Source: Anthoceros angustus
Lineage: Eukaryota > Plantae > Anthocerotophyta
Direction of reading: 5' to 3'
NCBI GenBank assembly: GCA_010909165.1
Contig: VJWM01000025.1
Coordinates: forward strand, 62,001 to 126,000
DNA length: 64,000 bases
Shown: positions 22,640 to 35,700 of the stretch, one piece after another
How the letters are laid out: every line of letters begins with the position of its first letter
Numbering within the stretch: the stretch's first letter is position 1
Translations under genes and position numbers: made by a program
Notes under the pieces: generated by a model
Told to the model about the DNA's origin: nothing
What the model saw: only the letters and a program-made list of their open reading frames with translations
Database searches by the model: none

Positions 22640-25531
22640 ATGGCCGCAGTATGGCAACCGGACCCGTTGTGGACCCAACGAACTGGTGTATGCACAGGAA
22701 TCCTAGCTGTAACTCCGGCTCATCTCACCTCAGGGAGTCTACCCCTGGCAAACAACCAGGCCTCCAGGTCCGGCAGTGTAAAGAGCCCAGCACTTCCACT
22801 TGCGAGAAAATGGATGGGTGGGGACAGATTTTCCAGCGATGGTCGTCGCCAGGAGCAGGAGCAGGAGCGCTTGTGGCAACAATTCTTTCTGGACCCTGCC
22901 ATGTGGTGGGATAACAGACGAGATAACAAGAGCTCCCGTTCGCCTGACTTCCGGCGTAAGGGGTCCGGCGAGGTCCTGTGGTTAAACAACGTGTTTAAGC
23001 CAGCTTGGGTTGATGAGCAGCTCGTTTCCTTGGATATGCAGATGGGTCATGGTGCCTCCTTCCAAGTCGAGCTCTCCGGATAAGCCTGAACCTGGCAGGC
23101 GTGCAGAAATGGGCGTCGTAACGGCTGGAACCGTGAGCATGTTATGTCAGCAGGGAAGCTTTCTGAGGCCGTTGGAGCTCTGGAATCTCTGGCGCAGACA
23201 GACTCTGCAATTCCTCAGTCTTTGTTTTACAGTGTGTTGAAACTGTGTACAGCTCAGAAGGATCTGGTCGTGGGCCAACGAGTTCATGGTCTCACTGTCA
23301 AACTTGGGTGCGACTCGAATGCATACTTGGGGAACCATATCTTGCGCATGTATGCATGTGGAGGTAGGCTAGAGGAGGCCATGGATGTGCTCACCAGAGT
23401 GGGCAAACCGGATGCCTTCATGTGGTCTTCCATAATCTCCGCATGCTAAGCATGGGAAACCTAATGAGGCCATACAACTGTACCATGAGATGCGTAGGTC
23501 AGGAGTGAAGGCGGATGCTCACGTCTTTGTAGCTGCCCTTCAAGCTTGTGCATTTGCCGCGACTTGGAATCTGGCAGAAAAGTGCACTGTGATGTGTTGC
23601 ACAGTGGCATTCCTCCTAACTTGTTTGTTGGCAACTGCCTGGTGGACATGTATGCAAAATGTGGCAACTGAAAGATGCACGCCAGGTTTTTGACAGCATG
23701 GCCACAAAGGATGTGGTGACATGGAATGCCCTGATTGCTGGGTATGCAGCAAGGACTCGGCCAAGAGGCGCTTGTTGTGTATGGACAAATGGAGGAGGAG
23801 GCCTGATTTTGGCTAACCATGTTACTTTTGCTTGCCTTCTGAAGGCCTGTGCAAGCACTGGTGCCTTACAGAAGGGCAGGCAGCTGCACTCACAGATTGT
23901 CAAAGAGGACTGCTGGATGACGTTGTGGTGGGCAACTGCCTGGTGGACATGTATGCAAAATGTGGTGAACTGGAAGATGCACGCCAGGTTTTTGACAGCA
24001 TGGCCACAAAGGATGTGGTGACATGGAATGCCCTGATTGCTGGGTATGCACAGCAAGGACTCGGCCAAGAGGCGCTTGTTGTATGGACAAATGGAGCAGG
24101 AGGGCCTGATTTTGGCTGACCATGTTACTTTTGCTTGCCTTCTGAAGGCTTGTGGAAGCAATGGTGCCTTACAGAAGGGCATGCAACTGCACTCACAGAT
24201 TGTCAAAAGAGGACTGCTGGATGACATACTGGTGGGCACCTGCCTTGTGGACATGTATGCAAAATGTGGTGAACTGGAAGATGCACGCCAGGTTTTTGAC
24301 AACTTGACCACAAAGAATGTGGTGACATGGAATGCCCTGATAGCTGGGTATGCTCAGCAAGGACTCGGCCAAGAGGCGCTTGTTGTATGGACAAATGGAG
24401 CAGGAGGGCCTGATTTTGGCTGACGATGTTACTTTTGCTTGCCTTCTGAAGGCCTGTGCACTGGTGCCTTACAGAAGGGCAGGCAGCTGCACTCACAGAT
24501 TGTCAAAGAGGACTGCTGGATAACGTAGTGTTGGCAACTGCCTGGTGGACATGTATGCAAAATGTGGTGAACTGGAAGATGCACGCCAGGTTTTTGACAG
24601 CTTGGCCACAAAGGATGTGGTGTCTTGGACCGCCCTGATATCTGGGTATGGTGCTTGTGATGAAGGTCACAAGGCACTCGCTTGTTTTGAGGAGATGTTA
24701 GTTGCCAGAATTCAGCCTAATGATGCAACTTTTACCTGCCTTCTAGTAGCATGCAGTCATGAGGGACTGGTGGATGAGGGTCGCAAGCACTTTGATTCCA
24801 TGGCTGAACAGCATGGCATCACGCCTACCACTGAGCATTACAATTGCATGATTGATCTTCTTGGGCGTGCAGGCCATTTAGATGAGGCAGAGAAGATGCT
24901 GTTGTCATGTGAGGGCCACAGTAATGTGGTGGGCTTGACGTCTTTGTTGAATGCCTGCAAAAGTCACGGAGATATAACGAGGGCTATCCGGTGTTTTAAA
25001 AGCATTGTTAGGCTGGACCCTCAATTGGCGCCTGCGTATGTGCTCATGGCCAACGCCTACGCAGACGCAGGTAGGTGGAGCGATGTAGACAGGATTGAAA
25101 CCGAGAGAATGTTAGCAGGAGCTAACAAGAAAGCTGCTGTTGCCACCATTGAGGTGAAGAAGCAGGTACATACATTTGCGGTGGGAGAAAGAAGAGATGA
25201 TATTGCGTTAAAGGTAGAGAGCACGAATGCCCGTCTGAAGGAGGAAGGAGGTCACGTACCTCACACAAAGTTGGTGTTGAAGCCACTGTCTGAGAAGGAA
25301 AAGGAAGATGCGCTTTGTGGGCATGCTGAGAAGCTAGCACTGGCGTTTGGTCTGTTGAACACTCCGAGTGGGACACCTCTGGTGGTAACGAAGAATCTAC
25401 GCATGTGCAGTGACTGCCACAGTTCCACGGAGATTATGTCAAGGCTTGAACAGAGAGACATTGTTGTGAGAGATGGGTACCGTGTGCATCGATTCGCAGC
25501 TGGTTGTTGCAGTTGTAAAGGCCGACCGTGA
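22640..25531 (+). CDS. Copy A: PDF motif + PLS-PPR (3 core triplets) + E1-E2 + DYW:KP (GRP) putative U-to-C RNA-editing factor; frameshifted as assembled
   Basis: WWDNRR..PDF motif in ORF 22640-23083. ORF 24545-25531 has P2-L2-S2-E1-E2 and [35 protein letters not shown]. The true start may be ~85 nt upstream (ATGCAAAAC, ~22555). Confidence 0.9.
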
Positions 25532-25884
25532 AAATAGTAATGGAAAAGGAACCCGTGTCCATTTTCCTTTGGGGAGAACGTGCTTGATTAATACATGGAT
25601 TGCTAACGCTGATCCGCCTCTCTTCTTTACAGACACCATTGGAATCGAATGAGTCTCCTCTTTCTTCTTTCTGGAATGAAGAACCTGTTGACAGACAAAC
25701 CGTAGAAGGAAGCATGAGCCGATTGCGTCCCAAACTTGGGAACCGTAATGTGTGTCCTTCAGAGGTGAGGAATGCCGAACAAACCGCTCGCTCCTTCAGG
25801 GTGGTGTGGACTTGGTCATACACGGGGGTTGTGATCCTGCCATAGCCTTTTGTTAGAGTCATCTTCCGCAGCAGTACCTGAACG

Positions 25885-28533
25885 ATGGCCGCAGTTTGGC
25901 AAGCGGACCCGTTGTGGACCCAACAATTTGGTGTGTGTACAGGATTCTACGAGCTCCGCTCACCTCATCTCAGGAGTCAACCTGGCAAACAACCAGCCTC
26001 CAGGTGCAGCAGTGTAAGAGCCCAGCACTTCCACTTCCGAGAAAATGGTGGGGGGACGGTTTTCCAGCGATGGTCGTCGCCAGGAGCAGGAGCAGGAGCA
26101 GGAGCACTTGTGGCAACAATTTTTTCTGGACCCTACCATGTGGTGGGACAACAGACGAGATAAGAAGAGCTCCCGTTCGCCTCACTTCCGGCGTAAGGGG
26201 TCCGGCGAGGTTCTGTGGTTAAACAACGTGTTTAAGCCAGCTTGGGTTGATGACCAGCTCGTTTCCTTGGATATGCAGATTGGTCATGGTGCCTCTCCTT
26301 CCGAGTCGACTTCTCCGGCTAAATCTAAACTTGGGAAGCGTGCAGAAATGGGCGTCGTAACGGCTGGAACCGTGAGCATTTTATGTCAGCAGGGGAAGCT
26401 TTCTGAGGCGGTTGGAGCTCTGGAATCTCTGGCGCAGACAGACTCTGCAATTCCTCAGTCTTTGTTTTACAGTGTGTTGAAACTGTGTACAGCTCAGAAG
26501 GATCTGGTCGTGGGCCAACGAGTTCATGATCTCACTGTCAAACTTGGGTGCGACTCGAATGCATACTTGGGGAACCATATCTTGCGCATGTATGCATGTG
26601 GAGGTAGGCTAGAGGAGGCCATGGATGTGTTCACCAGGGTGGGCAAACCAGATGCCTTCATGTGGTCTTCCATAATCTCTGCATGCTAAGCATGGGAAAC
26701 CTAATGAGGCCATACAACTGTACCATGAGATGCGTAGGTCAGGAGTGAAGGCGGATGCTCACGTCTTTGTAGCTGCCCTTCAAGCTTGTGCATTTGCCTC
26801 TGACTTGGAATCTGGCAGAAAAGTGCACTGTGATGTGTTGCACAGTGGCATTCCCAGCAACTTATTTGTCGGCAACTGCCTGGTGGACATGTATGCAAAA
26901 TGTGGCAAAATGAAAGATGCACGCCAGGTTTTTGACAGCATGGCCACAAAGGATGTGGTGACATGGAATGCCCTGATATCTGGGTATGCAAAATGTGGTG
27001 AACTGGAAGATGCACAGGTTTTGACAGCATGAACACAAAGATGTGGTGACATGGAATGCCCTGATTGCTGGTATGCACAGCAAGGCTGGGACATGAGGCG
27101 CTTGTGTGTATGGACAAATGGAGCAGGAGGGCCTCATTTTGGCTGACCATGTTACTTTTGCTTGCCTTCTGAAGGCCTGTGCAAGCACTGGTGCCTTACA
27201 GAAGGGCAGGCAGCTGCACTCACAGATTGTGAAAGAGGACTGCTGGATGATGTAGTGGTGGGCACCTGCCTGGTGGACATGTATGCAAAATGTGGTGAAC
27301 TGGAAGATGCACAGGTTTTGACAGCTGGCCAAAGGATGTGGTGACATGGAATGCCCTGATTGCTGGGTATGCACAGCAAGGACTAGCCAAGAGGCGCTTG
27401 TGTATGGACAAATGGAGCAAGAGGCCTCATTTTGGCTGACCATGTTACTTTTGCTTGCCTTCTGAAGGCCTGTGCAAGCACTGGTGCCTTACAGAAGGGC
27501 AGGCAGCTGCACTCACAGATTGTGAAAGAGGACTGCTGGATAATGTGGCAACTGCCTGGTGGACATGTATGCAAAATGTGGTGAACTGGAAGATGCACGC
27601 CAGGTTTTGACAGCATGAACACAAAGGATGTGGTGACATGGAATGCCCTGATATCTGGGTATGGTACTTGTGATGATGGTCAGACAGCACTAGCTTGTTT
27701 TGAGGAGATGTTAGCAGCTGGTGTTCAGCCTGATGGCGCTACTTTACTTGCCTTCTAGTAGCATGCAGTCATGAGGACTGGTCCGAGGGTCGCAAGCACT
27801 TTGATTCCATGGCTGAACAGCATGGCATCAAACCTACTATTGAGCATTATACCTGCATGATTGATCTTCTTGGGCGTGCGGGCCACTTAGATGAGGCTAA
27901 GAACATGCTCTTGTCATGCGAGGGCCAAGTTGACATCGTGGGATTGATGTGTTTGTTGAATGCCTGCAAAAGACACGGGGATATAGAGAGGGCGATGTGG
28001 TGTTTTGAAAGCATTGTTAGGCTGGACCCTCAGCGGCATCCGTATGTGCTCATGGCCAATGCCTATGCAGATGCAGGTAGGTGGACGATGTAGACAGGAT
28101 TGAAACACAGAGAATGGTAGCAGGAGCTAACAAGAAACCTGCAGTGGCGACCATTGAGGTGAAGAAGCAGGTACATAGATTTCTGGTGGGAGAAAGGAGA
28201 TGATATTGCGTTAAGGTAGAGAGCACGAATGCCCGTCTGAAGGAGGAAGGAGGCCACATACCTCATACAAAGTTGGTGTTGAAGCCACTGTCTGAGAAGG
28301 AAAAGGAAGATGCGCTTTGTGGGCATGCTGAGAAGCTAGCCTTGGCGTTTGGTCTGTTGAACACTCCGAGTGGGACACCTCTGGTGGTAACAAAGAATCT
28401 ACGCATGTGCAGTGACTGTCACAGTTCCACGGAGATTATGTCAAGGCTTGAACAGAGAGACATTGTTGTGAGAGATGGGTACCGTGTGCATCGATTTGCA
28501 GCTGGTTGTTGCAGTTGTAAAGGTCGACCGTGA
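25885..28533 (+). CDS. Copy B: PDF motif + PLS-PPR (SS motif + 2 core triplets) + E1-E2 + DYW:KP (GRP); frameshifted as assembled
   Basis: ORF 26045-26689 joins the PDF-type motif and the first PPR motifs in one frame. ORF 28273-28533 ends HAEKLA..CSDCH..KGRP. Confidence 0.9.
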
Positions 28534-29457
28534 AAATAATAATGAAGACGTAGAGTCAGTCAGTGCCGAGGTTTGTACGCGGGAGCCTTGTCCATTGTTA
28601 GTGCCCAAGTTTGTGCGCCGGGCCTTTGGGGTGACTGTGCTTTCTCCTTCACATGGACAGGAATGGCCCAGGCTGATCCGGGAAGCATGACTTCACATGC
28701 TCCGTTTCTGTCCCAAACTTGAAAACCGTGGTGTGTGTGTCCTTTTGGCCATAAAACTTCGTGTTTATCCACTTGGGTGATGCAGTCGGAATTCACCTTG
28801 CAAGCCATTGTTTTTACAAGTATCCTGGATATGGACAATGAGGCGCCGTTCTTTGCACAATGCCGAAAGGGTGGTGACGAGATTTTGATCTGTGGTAACA
28901 CAATTTTGGTCACCTATGGTTAGTTGTTGGGTCACTATTTCCACTTTTCAAAACAAAGTTTGACCATCGAAGGGGCCTCGGAGAGCATGTAGATAATGGT
29001 GTGGTCTCTTGGCCCTGAAGTTTGCTCAACGAGCCGTGGTCCTTAGCTCCTAAACCGTGCAAAGGTGCATGTAGATGGTGGTGCTATCTGCACCCTGAAG
29101 TTCGCTCAACGACCCGTGCTTGTAGCTCCCAAATTGGGCAAAGATGCCCGTGTTCGTGAACATGGACATGGTGGTGGGAATGGCTTTAGATGTTAGTAAA
29201 AGGAGTATGGGAGTCGGCAACGTTTTCGCAAGCACATGAGTCGATGACAACAAACCTCCTGCGAATTGTCTGTTGAGAGCACCACGATCAGATTTTCCTT
29301 CATTTCATTTCCTTCATTTCACAACTAATAATAATTGACAAAAAAAGTCGGAAAGTAGGCTCCGGCGTTCTGGGGTTGGTCAAGCACATTCACCTCGACA
29401 GAAAACGCAATGTCCTCCCCTGTACAAACTTGGGCACGGACTAATACTTCGTTATTT

Positions 29458-32400
29458 TCACGGTCGACCTTTACAACTGCAACAACCAACTGCGAATCGA
29501 TGCACACGGTACCCATCTCTTACAACAATGTCTCTCTGTTCAAGCCTTTACATGATCTCCGAGGAACTGTGACAAGTCACTGCACATGCGTAGGTTCTTT
29601 GTTATCACCAGAGGTGTCCCACTCGGAGTGTTCAACAGACCAAACGCCAGGGCTAGCTTCTCAGCATGCCCACAAAGCGCATCTTCCTTTTCCTTCTCAG
29701 ACAGTGGTTTCAACACCAACTTTGTGTGAGGTACGTGGCCTCCTTCCTGCTTCAACCGTACATTCGTGCTCTCTACCTTCAACGCAAGATCATCTCTCCT
29801 TTCTCCCACCGCAAATGTATGTACCTGCTTCTTCACCTCAATGGTCGCCACTGCAGGTTTCTAGTTAGCCCCTGCTGCCATTCTCTGGGTTTCAACCCTG
29901 TCTACATGGACCCACATCCTTGCATCTGCATAGGCATTGGCCATGAGCACATACGCAGGCGCCCATTGAGGGTCCAGCCTAACAATGCTTTCAAAACACC
30001 GGATAGCCCTCACTATATCCCCAAGGCTTTTGCAGGCATTCAAAAAAGACGTCAGGCCTACCACATTCCCTTGGCGCTCATAGGACAATAGCATCTTCTC
30101 TGCCTCGTCTAAATGGCCAGCACGCCCAAGAAGATCAATCATGCAATTGTAATGCTCAGTGGTCGGCCTGATGCCATGCTGTTCAGACATGGAATCAAAG
30201 TGCTTGCGACACTCATCCACCAGTCCCTCATGACTGCATGCTGCTGGAAGGCAGGTACAAGTTGCATCATTAGGCAGAATTCCGGCAACTAACATCTCCT
30301 CAAAACAAGTGAGTGCCTTGTGACCTTCATCACAAGCACCATACCCAGATATCAGGGCGGTCCAAGACACCACATCCTTTGTGGCCAAGCTCTCAAAAAC
30401 TTGGCGGGCCGCCTCCAGGTTGCCACATTTTGCATACATGTCCACCAGGCAGTTGCCTACCCTTCTGTATGGCACCAGTACTCGCGCAGGCCTTGAGAAG
30501 GCAAGTGAAAGTAACATCGTCAGCCACAAGCAAGCCCTCTTGCTCCATTTGTCCATGAAGAAGAAGCGCCTCCGAGTCCTTGCTTAGCATACCGAGCTAT
30601 CAGGACATTCCATGTCACCACATTCTTTGTGGCCAAGTTGTCAAAAACCTGGTGTGCGACTTTTAGTTCGCCACATTTTGCATACATGTGCACCAGGCAG
30701 GTGCCCAGCAGTATGTCACATAACATTCCCCTTTTAACAATCTGTGAGTGCAGCTGCCTGCCCTTCTGCAAGGCACCAGTGCTTGCACAGGCCTTCAGAA
30801 GGCAAGCAAATGTAACATGGTTAGCTACAATCAGGCCCTCCTGCTCCATTTGTCCATACACAACAAACGCCTCTTGGCCAAGTCTTTGCTGTGCACACCC
30901 ACCAATCAGGGCATTCCATGTGACAACATCTTTCGTGGCCAAGGTGTGAAAAACCTGGTGTGCATCGTTCAGTTCACCACACTTAGCATACATGTCCACT
31001 AGGCCGCTGCCCACCAGTTTGTCATCCAGCAGTCCTTTTTTGACAATCTGTGAGTGTGGCCGCCTGCCCTTCTGCAAGGCACCAGTGCTTGCACAGGCAT
31101 TCAGAAGGCAAGCGAAAGTAACGTTGTTAGCTACAGTCAGGCCCTCCTGCTTCATTTGCCCATATAAAACAAGCACCTCTTGGCCAAGTCCTTGCTGCAC
31201 ATAGCCAGCAATCAGCGCCGTCCATGTCACCACATCCTTTGTGGCTATGCTGCCAAAAACCTGGCGTGCATCTTCCATCTTCCAGTTTACCACACTTTGG
31301 ATACATGTCACCAGGCAGCTCCCCACCAGTATGTCATCCACCAGTCCTCTTTGGACAATCTGAGAGTGCAGCTGCCTGCCCGTCTGTACCGCACCAGTGC
31401 TTGCACACGGCTTCAGAAGGCAATTAAAAGTAAAGTGGTCAGCCAAAATGAGGCCCTCCTGCTCCATTTGTCCATAACAGAATAAGCGCCTCTTGTCCAA
31501 TACCTTGCTGCACATAACCAGCAATTAGGGCATTCCATGTCACAAAATTCTGTGTGTTCATGCTGTCAAACACCAGGCGAGCATCTTTCAGTTCACCACA
31601 TTTTGCATACCCAGCTATCAGGGCATTACATGTCACCACATTCTTTGTGGCCAAGCTGTCCAAAACCTGGCGTGCATCCTTCAGTTCACCACATTTTGCA
31701 TACATGTCCACCAGACTGGAGCCAACAAACAAGTCAGGAGGAATTGCACTATGCAATACGTCAGAGTGCGATTTTCTGCCAGATTCCAAGTCAGCGGCAA
31801 ATGCACAAGCTTGAAGGTCACCTACAAAGACGTCAGCATCCGCCTTCACTCCTGACCTACACATCTCATGGTAAAGTTGTATGGCCCCACGAGGTTTCCC
31901 ATGCTTAGAGTATGCGGAAATCATGGAAGACCACATGGGGGCATCTGGTTTGCCCACCCTGGTGAGCACATCCTTGGCCTCTTGTAGCCTACCTCCACGT
32001 GCATACATGCGCAAGATATGGTTCCCCAAGTATGCATCTGACTCGTACCCAAGTTTTGCACTGAGATCATGAACTCGTCGCCCCATAACCAAATCCTTCT
32101 TAGCTGTACACAGTTTTAGCACAATGTACAACAGAGAGCGAGAACGGCAGCGTCTGTCTGCGCCAGAGATTCCAGGGCTTCAACAGCCTCAGAAAGCTTC
32201 CCCTGCTGACATAACATGCTGACGGTTCTAGCTGTTACGACGCCCATTCCCGATCCTGCACGCCTCCCAAGTTCAGGCTTATCCCGAGAGCTGGACTTGG
32301 AAGGAGAGGCACCATGACCCGTCTGCATATCCAAGGAAACCAGGTGCTCATCAACCCAAGCTGGCTTGAACATGTTGTCTAACCACACGCCTCCCAAGTT

Positions 32401-32477
32401 CAGGCTTATCCCGAGAGCTGGACTTGGAAGGAGAGGCACCATGACCCGTCTGCATATCCAAGGAAACCAGCTGCTCA
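29458..32477 (-). pseudogene. Copy C: inverted PLS-PPR-E-DYW:KP (GRP) gene, 5'-truncated inside the PDF motif
   Basis: ORFs 31439-32131, 30520-31524, 29861-30556 and 29540-29851, with GRP-TGA at 29458-29469. It has an SS motif and ~4 core triplets (the last partly deleted). A ~0.1-kb internal duplication lies at 32257-32477, and similarity stops at 32477. Confidence 0.85.
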
Positions 32478-32769
32478 TGGTAATCATGTATGCGGATCAT
32501 GTGGTTGCCCAACAATAGCGGAAAACACCCGCTTCTCTAAGTGAGACCAACAATACGCCTTCGAGAGCCAAGCTGCACATTTCCTGCTCAAATTAGTCTG
32601 CCGTTATTTGACGATGTGTAGTATTTGTGACAGTGAGAAGGCTGGGCCGGTATTTTTAAAGCCGAGGGCAGAGTGAGCTAGGGCTTGTGTGTGTCCCCCT
32701 TTATGTACCATCTCAGGATTGATTGTCGCCATCTCCTCTTGATGTGCGCTTTTTCTTTCCAGTGCCTCT

Positions 32770-35700
32770 AATCCACCAATTTGGGGTCTTGGTGTGCTCG
32801 GTGGCACAATTTCCTAGGTTTGGTGTGCTTTGGCTGGGGTTTGGGAGTGAATTTGTTTTTTAGAGGGTGGTCTTTAGTGCCCTTAATGTTTGGTGAATTA
32901 TAGAATTTGTGGTTTTCTTTTTCTTTTTTCTTTCCAGGAAGTAATGACTTCTTTGGCCTAGGACAATGTACTACGTCTTCTCCTTCTCTTATCTTTTTTT
33001 TTCTTTCTCCAGTCTTGGTGTTTGTTCTCCTCATGGGATTACTAAGGGCCAGCAAGGATTAGGTTGGTTCCGAAGGAAGTGTATGAATGATGTCAAGGGT
33101 TTCTGAAAGCTAAGGAAACCCCAAGCTTATGAAGGGCATAGTGGTAGTTTGGAGCATGAACTCGTTACTAGTTATATTGGGCGATAGGACGGCGTATGTG
33201 GAAGCCTGAATAATTAAGAAGGGGTAGCGTGTAGACCACGAAACGAGCATAGGTCTCTTCTCCACCACGCTTAGGATTTCATTATGTAGAGTGTGTGGCT
33301 CAGAGGAGCCAACTGTGGAATTGTGTGGGAGCGCCGTTGTGGAGTTAATGATGCAATAAGTGGAAAATTTTGGTAGATTGGTTAGGATTTGGAGTGAGAG
33401 CTCTTAGAATTTTAGCGGGCAACTGATGCTATTGTTTATTGTTGAAATAAGGAGTTTGTGAGTGCCCTAGGCTAGTTGTCATGAGCGTTGGTAGTGGGTG
33501 AAGGAGTGAAGAAGTGGTTTAAAGGCCAATGCAAGAACGTGGGAAGTGGCTTTGAATGTTGGCTTTAGGCGGCTACCAGTCTGAGGTGGTTAAGAAAGGA
33601 GGTAACGAAAAGTAAGGGGGAGTGTGACTTAGAAGAGGCCATATATATGAGCCCTATAAGAGAGGCAGATTTTGAGAAGTAAAATATTTTGTCTTGCATT
33701 CCGTTGCTTGGGGGTTTTCTGCACTCTGTTGAAGATCTTATTGCCGGCTACAAGCTAACGTGGTGTTTGGTAAAGGTGGGAGGACACAATGGTTGGAATG
33801 TTAATAATTAGCAGAGGGCTTGCTCTCTGCAGGCGCCTCTGCAGGTTGATCCCCTTGAGAATGATTGTTGTGAAATTGTTTTGCTTTGGGTGCATGGTGG
33901 TGCTTGAAGAACTCTTGGTTTGGGGGGTGGCTGCAGGGAAAGGCTTCATGGAGATTCTCGCTATCTAGTGTAAACCCACAGTAACCGGCCCTAGGAAGAA
34001 CTCGCTGGCTTGTAGGCAGACCCCAAGTAGTTGTGCTGTAATTAGGGCAAGCTAAGCTCAGAGAGCTTGAAAGGGTGTAAGATTATGAGGCCTAGGAAGG
34101 GGGATGTTGAGTTGAGTGTGGATGATGATGTGGAGTTGATTGTTGAATAGAGGAGTAGAGGTTAATTTTTAGAGAACGCCCAGGTCAGAACCTAAGGGAG
34201 GGGTCCGTGTATCAAACTGAGACTGGAAGCTGGGCTAATGTCTCAAAATCGTGGGGGTGGTGAAGTCGCACCATGGTGTAGGGGGCCCCTACATGCGTAG
34301 CTAAAGGACCTACTGCAGTAGGGTGTGGACCTACAACCGGAAGTATTGTTGTAGGTCCGGAATCGGTGATAAAAGGAGAAGCTCGAGGAGGCGTGGCTGT
34401 TGTCTATGGTGTGGTTTGAGGATGCCCCAGTTGTGTGAGGGGGCTTGGGTGTGTGATGAGATGTTGTGGTTGTGTCTTGGAAGCTAGTAACAGCATCTGG
34501 GTAGAAAGAGGTTTCTCTAGTAACCCCCTTTAAAAGCACATAGAATTCTTCGAACCCAAATTGCACGCTGGAAACTACCGTTTTGAAGAGTTTAGGTCTT
34601 ATTTACGCTTGTATAAATGTATTGGATTGTAAAATTTATCAAAATTTGAGGTCTCCTAAAAGGTCATTCTCACGACCGGCACGTTTACAAACATTTAGAG
34701 TTTTTTGGCCCATGTTAGATTCTCGGTGCGCAAACTTGTTTGCACACTAACCTTTCACTCGTACTAGTCAATCCACCAATTTGGGGTCTTGGTGTGCTCA
34801 GTGGCACAATTTCCTAGGTTTGGTGTGCTTTGGCTGGGGTTTTGGGAGTGAATTTGTTTTTAGAGGGTGGTCTTTAGTGCCCTTAATGTTTGGTGAATTA
34901 TAGAATTTGTGGTTTTCTTTTTCTTTCTTTTTCTTTCAGGAAGTAATGACTTCTTTGGCCTAGGACAATGTACTACGTCTTCTCCTTCTCTTATCTTTTT
35001 CTTTCCGGAAGTAATGACTTCTTTGGCCTAGGACAATGTACTACGTCTTCTCCTTCTCTTATCTTTTTTTTTCTTTCTCCAGTCTTGGTGTTTGTTCTCC
35101 TCATGGGATTACTAAGGGCCAGCAAGGATTAGGTTGGTTCCGAAGGAAGTGTATGAATGATGTCAAGGGTTTCTGAAAGCTAAGGAAACCCCAAGCTTAT
35201 GAAGGGCATAGTGGTAGTTTTGGAGCATGAACTCGTTACTAGTTATATATATATATACCTATGTATTTTAATAAATATTTAAATTTAATAAAATTATTTT
35301 TTGTAAATTTTAAAATTTTGAAAAATATAAATATTTATGTTGAACCTTATTTTTCAAAAATAATTATTTTTGGCATTATCCTGTTGAACCACCCTCGGGA
35401 GTGCAGTTCAAAGTTTTGTTAACGAGAAAAAAAATGAGGGCTAAGTTAAGATGAGGACATATTCATATTAGGAGCTATACAAAAGGTTAAAACGCCAAAA
35501 CAAACCTTTTCAAACAATAAAATCACATAAAATACAAACAAACCACAAAAATGCCACAATTTTAGGGCAAGTGTGCATACTTGCCTCAAAATCCCATTTT
35601 GGGTTTTGTATTTTGCCCATTTTATAGGAATGCACCAGGACTATGGGTTCATGCCCTCAAGGCTTTCTTGACCTCATGTGTGCGCTTTTGCCGCACAGGC

